DNA of 64,000 bases from the IMG/VR virus record IMGVR_UViG_3300010158_000027, positions 124,001 through 188,000 of that record. One strand, 5' to 3'. Below, one piece after another: positions 51,899-61,301 of the stretch. A program made the position numbers and the translations under genes. Numbering within the stretch: position 1 is the first letter of the stretch; every line of letters begins with the position of its first letter. The notes beneath the pieces are model-generated. The model saw nothing but the letters and a program-made list of their open reading frames with translations, had not been told where the DNA came from and ran no database searches.

Positions 51899-54816
51899 TG
51901 GCTTGTATTTCAGGTTATACTAACGACGTATATTATAGTTATTTTGATTGTTGCGGTAACTTACAAACAGGTATTGGACCATTGTACCAATCTGTCTGCG
52001 TTGACCAATCATTATCGGGTAGTGCCGTTGGGGTTTATTTGGACCCACTTTCGGCTTGTACCCAAAATTGTAATACTGGACCCTTAAGTTATAATTTTAT
52101 AACGAGTGGTAATTGTGGTACAATTTCTGCGGGAACAATAACCGTTAATGTCTATGGGGGATCACAACCATATACGATTGATAATGTAAGTCCGGGTAGT
52201 ATATCTGCTCAGACAAACACATCACAATTTGTCTTTACTGGGTTAACGGGAGGGACATACGTTTTTAGAATAAATGACAGTTTAGGGTTACAAAATAGTG
52301 AAGTTTACTTTAATGCTGTGATATCCGAATGTTATACCGCCACAGTGACGTCCGTAACGGGAACAACTTGTGGATTGAGTAACGGAGCTATGGTTGTTAA
52401 TTCGACATCGACATCGGCACCTTATAAATTAGTTATTAATAAAGACGGGAATTTTAATTCAATACTTGACGCCACATCTTTACCTTATACTGTGACTGGT
52501 TTGGATGATGGTATATATGATGTTTTAATATACGATTATGGGTTTACCACGGCAAGAACTGAAAACGTAATTATTAGTGGGAGTACGGGGATTGACTACG
52601 GTTTTTGGGTGGTTAACGCGGCGAACTGTGTTACCAACGGAGGAAAGGCGGCAGTTACTGGTACAACAGGTACGGGTCCGTTTACTTATCTTTGGTCTAA
52701 TGGGCAAACGGGGCAGTTGGCAACGGGACTAACTCAGGGAGTTTTGTCTGTGTTAGTTACCGATTATTATGGGTGTACAACCGAAAAACAAGTTTTAATA
52801 GGACAGGCACTTCCTTTAGGTGTCGGACTAACAACGTCAATAAACCCATCTTGTAGTGGTAGTGACGGATCATTAACATTTAATTTAACTGGAGGTACCG
52901 CACCTTTTTATTATTCGGCAAACACTGGAACTGTTGGTTACACGTTATCTAATAGTTTTACATTGGATAATTTAGCGAGTGGTTCATATGTTGTGAATAT
53001 TAGAGATGCTAACTTTTGTGAGCTAGTTGTTGGTGGGTTTCTAATATCTCAAAACGGATTTTATAATGTAAGTAATACTATCACTAATTCTGTTTGTAAT
53101 CAAAACTCCGGTAAAATTAGTACAACATTAAACGGAACTTTTGGGAATTATATATACGCATTAACGGGACTAACAACCAATGAAGTTAGAAATACCGTAT
53201 CGACAAATCAAACGAACTTATTTGATAATTTACCTAACGATACATACCTACTATTCATATCGGGACAAAACACGACATGTATATATAGTGAAACTATTGT
53301 TGTTTCGTCACAAGAGAAGTTTTCAGTTAATGTTTCATTAACCGGATCAACGTGTGGAACACCAAATGGGGTTGCGATGATTAACGTGGGTACTGGCTAC
53401 ACTAATTGGGATACGGGTAACGGATTATTAGATTATTCGTTAAGTAATGGACAGCAAGTGTATGACATTAATTTATCCGCATTTACATATACTAATTTAG
53501 TGGCTGGAACTTATACTTTAAATGTTACCGATGAGAGTAATTGTACTGTCAGTAAAACATTTACAATCGCTTTGGGTGGGACTTTAAATAGTTCCATTTT
53601 AACTAACGATTGCCAAGGTGGTGGAGCGGGTTCTGCAAATGTTATAATTTTTGGTGGTGAGCCACCATTCACATATATATGGTCAAATAACGTACCTATA
53701 GGTGAAACCGGTAATACCGTAAATAACCTTACTGGTGGATCATATAGTGTCGAAGTGGTTGATGGTAGTGGATGTACAAAATACCACAATTTTACAATAG
53801 ATTGTACATCGACACTGGTTACTGGTGATACCACTTATAGTATCTGTAGTTCTCAGTTCACAACAACAACGGGAACAAAAAGAGGTATATCAGAAATGTT
53901 AAGTGAAGGGTTTTTAGATTTAACCACCGGTTATACTAATTGTATATTAAATTCGGTAACTTTAAATTGTAATATAACTCTAAACGGTAGTGGTTATAGT
54001 CAGAGTTTTGTTATTGCTAATGACGAGATTTGGAGAGAATCTATTGAAACGATTTTAGCGTCAATACCCGAAGTTGGTAGTTATGATGTTAATTTATTAA
54101 ATAATACGTTAACCATAAAATCTAATTGCACCAACGGGGGGATTGACCCAATTGGTAATGGTGAGTTTGTTTTAGAACTTGAAATAAATTACGATATAAG
54201 TTGTGAAGGTGTTTTACCGGCACCGACACCTACACCAACAGCAGTACCATACCCACTTTTCTTTGTGAAGGCTTGTTGTGTATTGGATAGTGATGGTATT
54301 ATGGGGTTACCTGCAGTTTTTGCTACGGGTACTAGAATTGTGGGTACTAATGGTAAATGTTATCAAAAATCATCAGCTAGTGTTGGACCAGCAACTCTGA
54401 CTTGGGATGGTGGTACTACATATGTGGATTGTCCTAGTTGTTTAAGTGTACATCCATGTCCAACACCAATACCTACGGCAACACCAACGCCAACACCTAC
54501 ACCTACAGGTATGCCGAGCTACACAACATGGTACGGTACTGGTAATATGGTTTCACAACCATACGCTGGTCTGGCTTGTAGTGAAGTAAATTGCTCAACA
54601 CAATTCTACACTACGGGATTAACTTTAAATGTTGGTGACGTTATTTATTTGGACGCAGCATTGACGACAAATATAGGTGGTTTAGCGGTTAATTATGGAC
54701 CATCCAGCGGTGGGTGGGGAGTTATGTTCTTATCTAATGATTGTCCAATTGTTGGGTCGAGAACGATAACTAAAGTAAACAATCTAGGTAAAATCATATT
54801 AAAATACACTTGTTAA
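51898..54816 (+). CDS. fibre/appendage protein with about 7 SprB-like repeats, Cys module and Pro-Thr linkers
   Basis: For example C..NGG..GTGPFTYLWSNGQT..TGL..G..V.VTD..GC; PTPTPT tracts at 54217 and 54460. ATG 51898 overlaps the upstream TAA. Confidence 0.8.
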   Translation: MACISGYTNDVYYSYFDCCGNLQTGIGPLYQSVCVDQSLSGSAVGVYLDPLSACTQNCNTGPLSYNFITSGNCGTISAGTITVNVYGGSQPYTIDNVSPGSISAQTNTSQFVFTGLTGGTYVFRINDSLGLQNSEVYFNAVISECYTATVTSVTGTTCGLSNGAMVVNSTSTSAPYKLVINKDGNFNSILDATSLPYTVTGLDDGIYDVLIYDYGFTTARTENVIISGSTGIDYGFWVVNAANCVTNGGKAAVTGTTGTGPFTYLWSNGQTGQLATGLTQGVLSVLVTDYYGCTTEKQVLIGQALPLGVGLTTSINPSCSGSDGSLTFNLTGGTAPFYYSANTGTVGYTLSNSFTLDNLASGSYVVNIRDANFCELVVGGFLISQNGFYNVSNTITNSVCNQNSGKISTTLNGTFGNYIYALTGLTTNEVRNTVSTNQTNLFDNLPNDTYLLFISGQNTTCIYSETIVVSSQEKFSVNVSLTGSTCGTPNGVAMINVGTGYTNWDTGNGLLDYSLSNGQQVYDINLSAFTYTNLVAGTYTLNVTDESNCTVSKTFTIALGGTLNSSILTNDCQGGGAGSANVIIFGGEPPFTYIWSNNVPIGETGNTVNNLTGGSYSVEVVDGSGCTKYHNFTIDCTSTLVTGDTTYSICSSQFTTTTGTKRGISEMLSEGFLDLTTGYTNCILNSVTLNCNITLNGSGYSQSFVIANDEIWRESIETILASIPEVGSYDVNLLNNTLTIKSNCTNGGIDPIGNGEFVLELEINYDISCEGVLPAPTPTPTAVPYPLFFVKACCVLDSDGIMGLPAVFATGTRIVGTNGKCYQKSSASVGPATLTWDGGTTYVDCPSCLSVHPCPTPIPTATPTPTPTPTGMPSYTTWYGTGNMVSQPYAGLACSEVNCSTQFYTTGLTLNVGDVIYLDAALTTNIGGLAVNYGPSSGGWGVMFLSNDCPIVGSRTITKVNNLGKIILKYTC

Positions 54817-54819
54817 AAG

Positions 54820-55107
54820 ATGCCATACTCCATAGATATATCTAATATTGTTGGTGGGACACCACCATATAGTCTTTATGTGTGTGATGAAAACATGAAT
54901 AACTGTTTTTTGTTAGGACCAACAGGGGGGACGTATTATTTTAATTCTTTTTTTTCTGGAGCACAAACTCTAATAATTAAAATTGTTGACAGTACGGGGT
55001 GTCTCACATTTAAGTACATTTATTGTGATATTGATACTTTCTTTATTTTAACTGAGACTGAACTCATAATAACCACAGAAAGTGGGGATGAATTAGTATG
55101 GATATAA
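54820..55107 (+). CDS. small Cys-containing beta protein (paralogue 1)
   Basis: [22 protein letters not shown]. Confidence 0.7.
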   Translation: MPYSIDISNIVGGTPPYSLYVCDENMNNCFLLGPTGGTYYFNSFFSGAQTLIIKIVDSTGCLTFKYIYCDIDTFFILTETELIITTESGDELVWI

Positions 55108-55108
55108 A

Positions 55109-55714
55109 ATGATTATTGAAATAACGGGGGTTACAAATGGTAATGGACCATATGACATTTATTTATGTGATTCGGGGTTAACGGGTTGCTTTTATGTGTC
55201 TGGAGTTACCACTATACCACCAACAATAACCATTGATAGTAATAATTTTTTTCCAGGTGTTGACCCTCTAAAGGTGAAGATTATTAATAGTATTGGGTGT
55301 ACGGATGTTATGGACGTTACTTGTATACCAACACCAACACCAACCCCTACGGCGACACCAACCCCGACAGCCACGCCAACTGCGACACCAACACCTACGG
55401 CAACAGCAACACCAACGCCAACACCTACCCCAACACTGGCTCCCCTCGATTTCCAAACCTTAGTTATTTGTTCATTACCTTCAGGTATCCTTGTCCAACT
55501 TAACACTATAACAGGAGGGGTTCCGCCTTATGATGGTGGATCTACCGTATTCTCAACCCAAGCTGCCGCGTTATTAAACACGTCATGGATATTAAACGTT
55601 GGTAATATTAGTTATGGGGTTTCTAGTTTGGCTGACGACACCTATTGGTTAGTTGTAAAAGACTCTGTAGGTACTATATTAGCAAAATCTGTAACAACGA
55701 CTTGTTATCCGTAA
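55109..55714 (+). CDS. two-domain protein with 36-aa Pro-Thr/Ala linker (paralogue 2)
   Basis: [19 protein letters not shown] followed by (PT/AT)n. Confidence 0.75.
   Translation: MIIEITGVTNGNGPYDIYLCDSGLTGCFYVSGVTTIPPTITIDSNNFFPGVDPLKVKIINSIGCTDVMDVTCIPTPTPTPTATPTPTATPTATPTPTATATPTPTPTPTLAPLDFQTLVICSLPSGILVQLNTITGGVPPYDGGSTVFSTQAAALLNTSWILNVGNISYGVSSLADDTYWLVVKDSVGTILAKSVTTTCYP
55328..55435 (+). repeat. mucin-like (Pro-Thr/Ala-Thr)n coding tract
   Basis: [36 protein letters not shown]. Confidence 0.9.
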
Positions 55715-55798
55715 CGACGTAAACTAAAATATTCGTAAATTTTAATTATTACTACCCTTTTTGTTGGATTTACGTTATTTTTTGAATAAAAATTAAAC

Positions 55799-57049
55799 AT
55801 GAATACAATTTTTATTCAAATTGCTGCCTATCGAGATCCCCAACTTAATATAACAATTAAAGACTGTATTAAAAACGCTAAACACCCTAAAAATTTAGTG
55901 TTTGGTGTTTGTAATCAATTTCACCCAGACGATGAATTTAATATTGATGAATACCAAAATGACGAAGGATTTAGAATTGAGAATGTCCTTTATTCCAACT
56001 CTAAAGGGACTTGTTGGGCTAGAAACTTATTACAACAAAGATATAGTGGAGAAACATATACTCTACAAGTGGATTCCCATATGAGATTCGCACCCAATTG
56101 GGATGTTGAACTAATTAAAATGATTAAACAACTACAAAAGAAAGGATTTAAGAAACCCCTTTTAACTGGATACGTTTCCTCTTTTGATCCTGAGAATGAC
56201 CCGGCAGGTAGAGTCCAAGATCCTTGGAGGATGTCATTTGATAGATTTATACCTGAAGGTGCCGTATTTTTCTTACCCGAAACGATTCCGAATTGGCAAA
56301 CATTAACGGAACCAGTTCCTGCTAGATTCTACTCAGCACATTTTTGTTTTACATTAGGAATCTTTAGTCAGGAGGTACAACATGATAATGAATTTTATTT
56401 CCACGGCGAAGAAATTGCTGTGGGTGTTAGAGCATACACTCACGGGTATGATTTATTTCATCCACACAAAACTTTAATTTGGCACGAATATACTCGTAAA
56501 AACCGAGTTAAAAGTTGGGACGACGATAAAGAGTGGGGTAAAAAAAATGAATCAGCACATTTAAAAAACAGAAAACTATTCTCAATGGATGGTGAGGTTT
56601 ATAACCCAGATGAGTTCGGAAAATACGGTTTCGGAACTGAAAGGACACTTAGGGATTATGAAATTTATTCTGGATTACTTTTTTCAAAAAGAGCGACACA
56701 ACAATATACCATAGATAAACACTACCCACCAAATCCCTATGATTATAAAACCGAAGAAGAGTGGGTTAATAGTTTTTCATCTATTTTTAAACATTGTATT
56801 GATGTGTATCGTGGTAGTTTAACGGACACGGATTACGATTTTTGGGCGGTAATATTTTTAGATAAAAATGGAGATGAAATCTTTAGAAAGGATGCCGATA
56901 AGAACGAAATTAGTGGTATTTTAACTAAACAAGGTGATTTTGTTAATATTTGGAGAGAATTTAATACAACAATTAAACCATCAGAATGGGTTGTTTGGTT
57001 ACATACAGAATCAAAAGGTTGGGGTGAAAAAATAACGGGGAAATTATGA
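55799..57049 (+). CDS. GT60-like polypeptide alpha-N-acetylglucosaminyltransferase (Pfam GlcNAc family)
   Basis: TIFIQIAAYRD, SKGTCWAR, QVDSHMRF..WD (DxH), FYSAHF.F, FHGEE and WHEY motifs. No signal peptide or TM anchor. Confidence 0.85.
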   Translation: MNTIFIQIAAYRDPQLNITIKDCIKNAKHPKNLVFGVCNQFHPDDEFNIDEYQNDEGFRIENVLYSNSKGTCWARNLLQQRYSGETYTLQVDSHMRFAPNWDVELIKMIKQLQKKGFKKPLLTGYVSSFDPENDPAGRVQDPWRMSFDRFIPEGAVFFLPETIPNWQTLTEPVPARFYSAHFCFTLGIFSQEVQHDNEFYFHGEEIAVGVRAYTHGYDLFHPHKTLIWHEYTRKNRVKSWDDDKEWGKKNESAHLKNRKLFSMDGEVYNPDEFGKYGFGTERTLRDYEIYSGLLFSKRATQQYTIDKHYPPNPYDYKTEEEWVNSFSSIFKHCIDVYRGSLTDTDYDFWAVIFLDKNGDEIFRKDADKNEISGILTKQGDFVNIWREFNTTIKPSEWVVWLHTESKGWGEKITGKL

Positions 57050-57843
57050 GAATTGAAAAACCGACAATAGTTACCGCATTATTTGATATTGGTAGAGATG
57101 CTTGGGATGGATACGAGTTATCCTACGGTACTTATCTATATTGGATGAAATCGATATTGATGTACGACACCCCAATGGTTATATATACCGATGAAAAGTT
57201 ATATGATGAGATAAAAAAAAATAGAATGGTTTGTGACCCAAACTTAGAAAAAACCATTTTTGAAATTAAAAAATTGGAGGATTTAGTTGCCCACCAGACG
57301 TATTATAAACCGGTAAGTGAACTTATGGTTTCAGATGAGTTTAAATCTAAAATACATTTTAATGTCCCAGAAATGACAAAACCATTATATAATATTGTCA
57401 TTTTTAATAAGCTGTTTTATATACAGGAATCAATAATGAAAAAACATTTTGATTCTGATTTTTATATTTGGGCGGACGCGGCAATCCTTAGAAGTGATGA
57501 TCCGACAATTAAAAAAGATTTCCCAAACGTGGATAAAATAAATGATGGATTTAATGATAAAATCACTTTTTTTAGTCATGAATTGGAATTTACAACACCA
57601 AATAAAGACTACCATTTAGTATCACAATTTAGATACATACATGGAGGATGTTTTTTTGTACCAAATAATAATTCGATTGATTTACTATTGGAGAGTTTTA
57701 AAAAAGAAATAAACGAGTCGTTAAATCGAGGGTTTGTTGGTAGTGAAGAAAAATACTTAGATTTTTGTTATCTGGAGAATAAGTCTGAATATAACCTAGT
57801 TAAATCCGATTGGAGGCAATATTTTGACATATTTGGAACTTAA
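57046..57843 (+). CDS. HtrL/YibB-family glycosyltransferase-like protein
   Basis: TIVTALFDIGR..W, PMVIYT, PLYN.V.FNK, YIWADA, GGCFF and GSEE motifs; ATGA overlap with the GT60 gene. Confidence 0.75.
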   Translation: MRIEKPTIVTALFDIGRDAWDGYELSYGTYLYWMKSILMYDTPMVIYTDEKLYDEIKKNRMVCDPNLEKTIFEIKKLEDLVAHQTYYKPVSELMVSDEFKSKIHFNVPEMTKPLYNIVIFNKLFYIQESIMKKHFDSDFYIWADAAILRSDDPTIKKDFPNVDKINDGFNDKITFFSHELEFTTPNKDYHLVSQFRYIHGGCFFVPNNNSIDLLLESFKKEINESLNRGFVGSEEKYLDFCYLENKSEYNLVKSDWRQYFDIFGT

Positions 57844-57895
57844 ATACTTCAATAAAATAAAGTTTTGATTATTTATATATAAAGTTTAAACTTTA

Positions 57896-59521
57896 ATGGC
57901 AAATTTATTATTCCAGGGTTGTTGTTACGATGGTTATCAGTATGTTACTAATGATGGTGATTGGGTTGCGACGGGAGGTACCGCGACGGTAGGTTTAACC
58001 TATCATTTTTCTGGTGATCCTGTTGTACCTAATGGTTGTTATACTATTGTCTCATCATTCGTTGCTGGGTTTAGTTCAGAAACATTTACACAATTAACGG
58101 GAACATACACTCTACAAACCGATTGTTCTGACACTCTATGTATGACGGCAAATTGTTGTTCAAACATTGTGTGTGTTAGCATACCATTAGATGCGTATTC
58201 GGGACTTAATGGTAATTATACGGTATCGGGTGGATTTAATGGATATCCCTATTGGACGGGAGGAACTAGTGGAGGAACCATCTATTTTAATTCAACGAGA
58301 TGGTGTCTTTCAACAGGACTAAATCAAAGTTGTTTATTTTATGGGTCTAACCCAACGTTATATGAATGTCCTGATTTAGATACTAGTATTGTTTATAGTG
58401 GTGTTTGTGTACCAACACCAACACCATATGACCCATGTTCTATTTTAGATTTTGATATATTGACCGAATGTTTGATACCGACACCTACGCCGACACCCAC
58501 GGCAACGGCAACACCCACTCCGACACCAACACCTACCCCAACACCTGATCCGTGTTTAGGGTACTCAGTTGATATTAGTTTTAGTGCAACAACACCGACA
58601 CCAACGGCAACACCATCACCAACGGCAACACCAACACCTACGTTCGCTTACTCAATTAATTCGGGGGTAACCTTTGTGATTGATAGTGGTAATTTTAATT
58701 GTGTGGATGTTAAAGTGTTAACTGATTGTAATAGTAGTGAGATTTATTACGTTTCTGGTCCTCTAGTTTATTCTGGTGGAGTCATTAGTTCAGGAACAAC
58801 ATTTTTTGGTATTATAAATGGTGATTATAAGTGTTTAACATATACTGAGGATAATGCGGGAAGTCCTGGAGACTTATTAACCTCGATTATATCGACGGGA
58901 AGTAGTTGTTCTACTTGTGTGGTAATAACGCCAACACCAGCACCTACGTTGACCCCTACCGCCACTCCAACACCGACGCCAACATCCACTCCAACACCAA
59001 CATACGCACCTAATACTCAATTTGTGTTTACGTCTTGTACTAATAATTCGATGATAATACAAAATATGACACCACCTTCGAATGTTAATATAGGGTTGGT
59101 AGTTAAAGACTTGTCGGGTAATTGTTATAGTTATGTTGGGAATTATGTTGCTTATGTTCCACCTGCAGGATATATATGGTCAAATATTAACGCCTTTACT
59201 GCCGCTACTGCAACGACATATAGTACTTGTATTTCTTGTTTAACTCCTTCACCAACACCAGGACCCGCTTACCGTACTTGGAACGCGAAAGGTGAGTTTA
59301 CGGTTTCATGTCCGACATGTGAATTAGTAAATGGGGGAGCCGACATGACTTTCTATAGTTCATCTGCAGATACGATATTACAAACGGGGGTATATATTTA
59401 TGAAGACACTACTTTAGTTACTCCTGTAATAACGAGTTATGTTAAATATTCAAATAAAATTTATTCAGTAGATTTAAATGGTAAAATTACTGAATTTTGC
59501 ACATTAAACGGTAATTGTTAA
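57896..59521 (+). CDS. Cys-rich modular appendage protein with multiple Pro-Thr tracts
   Basis: 541 aa; PT tracts at about 58411, 58478-58546, 58585-58642, 58927-59010 and 59243. Confidence 0.8.
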   Translation: MANLLFQGCCYDGYQYVTNDGDWVATGGTATVGLTYHFSGDPVVPNGCYTIVSSFVAGFSSETFTQLTGTYTLQTDCSDTLCMTANCCSNIVCVSIPLDAYSGLNGNYTVSGGFNGYPYWTGGTSGGTIYFNSTRWCLSTGLNQSCLFYGSNPTLYECPDLDTSIVYSGVCVPTPTPYDPCSILDFDILTECLIPTPTPTPTATATPTPTPTPTPTPDPCLGYSVDISFSATTPTPTATPSPTATPTPTFAYSINSGVTFVIDSGNFNCVDVKVLTDCNSSEIYYVSGPLVYSGGVISSGTTFFGIINGDYKCLTYTEDNAGSPGDLLTSIISTGSSCSTCVVITPTPAPTLTPTATPTPTPTSTPTPTYAPNTQFVFTSCTNNSMIIQNMTPPSNVNIGLVVKDLSGNCYSYVGNYVAYVPPAGYIWSNINAFTAATATTYSTCISCLTPSPTPGPAYRTWNAKGEFTVSCPTCELVNGGADMTFYSSSADTILQTGVYIYEDTTLVTPVITSYVKYSNKIYSVDLNGKITEFCTLNGNC

Positions 59522-59526
59522 ATAAT

Positions 59527-59814
59527 ATGGGGACAATAGTTTCATTAACATCAACAACAGGTATACTACCACTGGACATATGGATATGTGATTCCTGCGA
59601 TAGTACCGCCACCTGTGTTTATTATGACACAACATCATCTTTACCGTACAGTTTTACTTTACCTTCTGAATATGAGAATAATATCATTTACGCCATCAGA
59701 GTTATCGATGATACTGGTTGTATTTATTGTAACTCGGTAAGTGCATTAACTTTACAATATCAAGACGGAGGATATGCTGAATTTCAAGATGGGGATGAAT
59801 TTGATTTCCAATAA
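59527..59814 (+). CDS. small Cys-containing beta protein (paralogue 3)
   Basis: PLDIWICDSCD..C..IRVIDDTGC; ATG 59527 is preferred over TTG 59515. Confidence 0.7.
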   Translation: MGTIVSLTSTTGILPLDIWICDSCDSTATCVYYDTTSSLPYSFTLPSEYENNIIYAIRVIDDTGCIYCNSVSALTLQYQDGGYAEFQDGDEFDFQ

Positions 59815-59834
59815 AAGACTATATAAAAAATAAA

Positions 59835-61139
59835 ATGGCAAGATTAACAGATAAAACATTAGCATCAACAACGGCAATAACACCAACAACGTTGATATAT
59901 ATCGTAACAACCGGAGACACTTCACAAAATTCTGCCGGTTCGGGGTATAAAGCGGAATTACAACAATTAGTGTCTATTTTTGGTGGAACATCTGGAGGTT
60001 CAGGAACTAGCGGTATTAATGGAACTAGCGGTATTAATGGAACTAGTGGAATTAATGGTACTAGTGGTATTGACGGAACAAGTGGCACATCTGGTATCGA
60101 CGGAACTAGCGGTATCAACGGAACTAGTGGAACATCAGGTATTGATGGTACTAGTGGAATTAACGGAACTAGTGGGTCGTCGGGTATTAGTGCTGACTAT
60201 ATTGGTACATGTCTCGATAATATTAATATATCATCATTATATTCAGGGTTAACTATCAATATAACGACATCCCCTAATTTATCTTATACCGTTGCTCAGC
60301 ATGTTATCGTAGCTTTTTCAAATACGGAACATTTTCATGGTGACGTTTTGACATATACCGGTTCTACGGGTCAGATACAATTAGAAGTAACAGAAACTCA
60401 AGGGTCTGGAACACACTCCACTTGGACAACCAATTTAGATGGGGCGTCTGGGGGTAATGGCTCTTCAGGCACTAGCGGTATTGATGGTACTAGTGGATTG
60501 TCGGGATCAAGCGGTACTAGTGGTTCTTCAGGAACTAGTGGATTGTCGGGATCAAGCGGTACTAGTGGTTCTTCAGGAACTAGTGGATTGTCGGGATCAA
60601 GCGGTAGTTCTGGGGTAAATGGTACATATACGGGAGGAACTATTAGTGGAGGAACAAACTTCACTGGTGGGTTGAGCGCTAACACGGTTAGTATTAGTGG
60701 TGTGACGGTAAACCCAAAACAAACAATTGCGTTATTTTTTGGTCATGATTCAACGAGTCCTGCAGATACTCAAACTTACTTTATTGGTAATGCGATAAAT
60801 CTAGCGGCAACAACTTCAGGGTCAGACAGTAGAAGAGTCATATTACCAAAAACGGGTAACATTGTTAGAGTTGATATTTGTCAAAACGTAGGAGGTACAG
60901 TCCAAACTGGGGCTACCGAATATAGTACATTCACGATAAATAATACAACACAATCCACACAATCAACAATAACGACTACATACATTTATACGGCATCGAC
61001 AGGAAATATTGCATATGACTTAGTGTCTCCATTACCGGTAACTGTTGGGGATAAAGTGGAAATAAGATGGACAACACCCGCTTGGGTTATTAACCCAACA
61101 AGTGTTAGACAACAAATGAACGTTTATTTAGAATATTAA
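59835..61139 (+). CDS. collagen-like fibre protein (Pro-free Gly-Thr-Ser repeats)
   Basis: Two uninterrupted G-X-Y runs (23 and 21 triplets), plus a C-terminal beta-sandwich knob. Confidence 0.85.
   Translation: MARLTDKTLASTTAITPTTLIYIVTTGDTSQNSAGSGYKAELQQLVSIFGGTSGGSGTSGINGTSGINGTSGINGTSGIDGTSGTSGIDGTSGINGTSGTSGIDGTSGINGTSGSSGISADYIGTCLDNINISSLYSGLTINITTSPNLSYTVAQHVIVAFSNTEHFHGDVLTYTGSTGQIQLEVTETQGSGTHSTWTTNLDGASGGNGSSGTSGIDGTSGLSGSSGTSGSSGTSGLSGSSGTSGSSGTSGLSGSSGSSGVNGTYTGGTISGGTNFTGGLSANTVSISGVTVNPKQTIALFFGHDSTSPADTQTYFIGNAINLAATTSGSDSRRVILPKTGNIVRVDICQNVGGTVQTGATEYSTFTINNTTQSTQSTITTTYIYTASTGNIAYDLVSPLPVTVGDKVEIRWTTPAWVINPTSVRQQMNVYLEY
59985..60191 (+). repeat. collagen G-X-Y block 1 (9/18-nt units)
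   Basis: ggaactagcggtattaat-type units. Confidence 0.9.
60441..60629 (+). repeat. collagen G-X-Y block 2 with near-perfect 45-nt tandem repeat
   Basis: 60486-60530 and 60531-60575 differ at one base; partial third copy to 60602. Confidence 0.9.
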
Positions 61140-61141
61140 TC

Positions 61142-61300
61142 ATGGAACTAGGAACATACGTAATTGAAACATATACCGTAAATCACCCAACAGCGGGTAT
61201 ATTAACGAAGCAAAAAATAACATACTACAATAGAAGAAATGAAATCGAAACTATTGAATATTATTATGGGGATATAAGACAAGGGTACACAATAAGATAA
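61142..61300 (+). CDS. 52-aa protein (not in ORF track)
   Basis: Translation MELGTYVIETYTVNHPTAGILTKQKITYYNRRNEIETIEYYYGDIRQGYTIR; it fills the gap exactly. Confidence 0.65.
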   Translation: MELGTYVIETYTVNHPTAGILTKQKITYYNRRNEIETIEYYYGDIRQGYTIR

Positions 61301-61301
61301 A

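Noticed and set aside
12926-54000. Minus-strand ORFs within the long structural and replication genes (e.g. 12926-13567, 21399-21791, 26759-27100, 38414-38875, 41297-41647, 48074-48445, 53511-53834)
   Set aside because: Fully nested antisense to well-supported genes, with composition mirroring the sense codons.
55192-55506. VGVGV / CWCW / TNTNT ORFs
   Set aside because: Shadows of the Pro-Thr tract.
59985-60629. Possible CRISPR array
   Set aside because: The repeats are in-frame 9/18/45-nt coding units without unique spacers; no cas genes.
59819-60685. Repetitive ORFs 59819-60118(-), 59980-60252(+) and 60398-60685(-) (IPLVP, MELAV repeats)
   Set aside because: Alternative-frame or antisense read-outs of the GTS collagen repeats.
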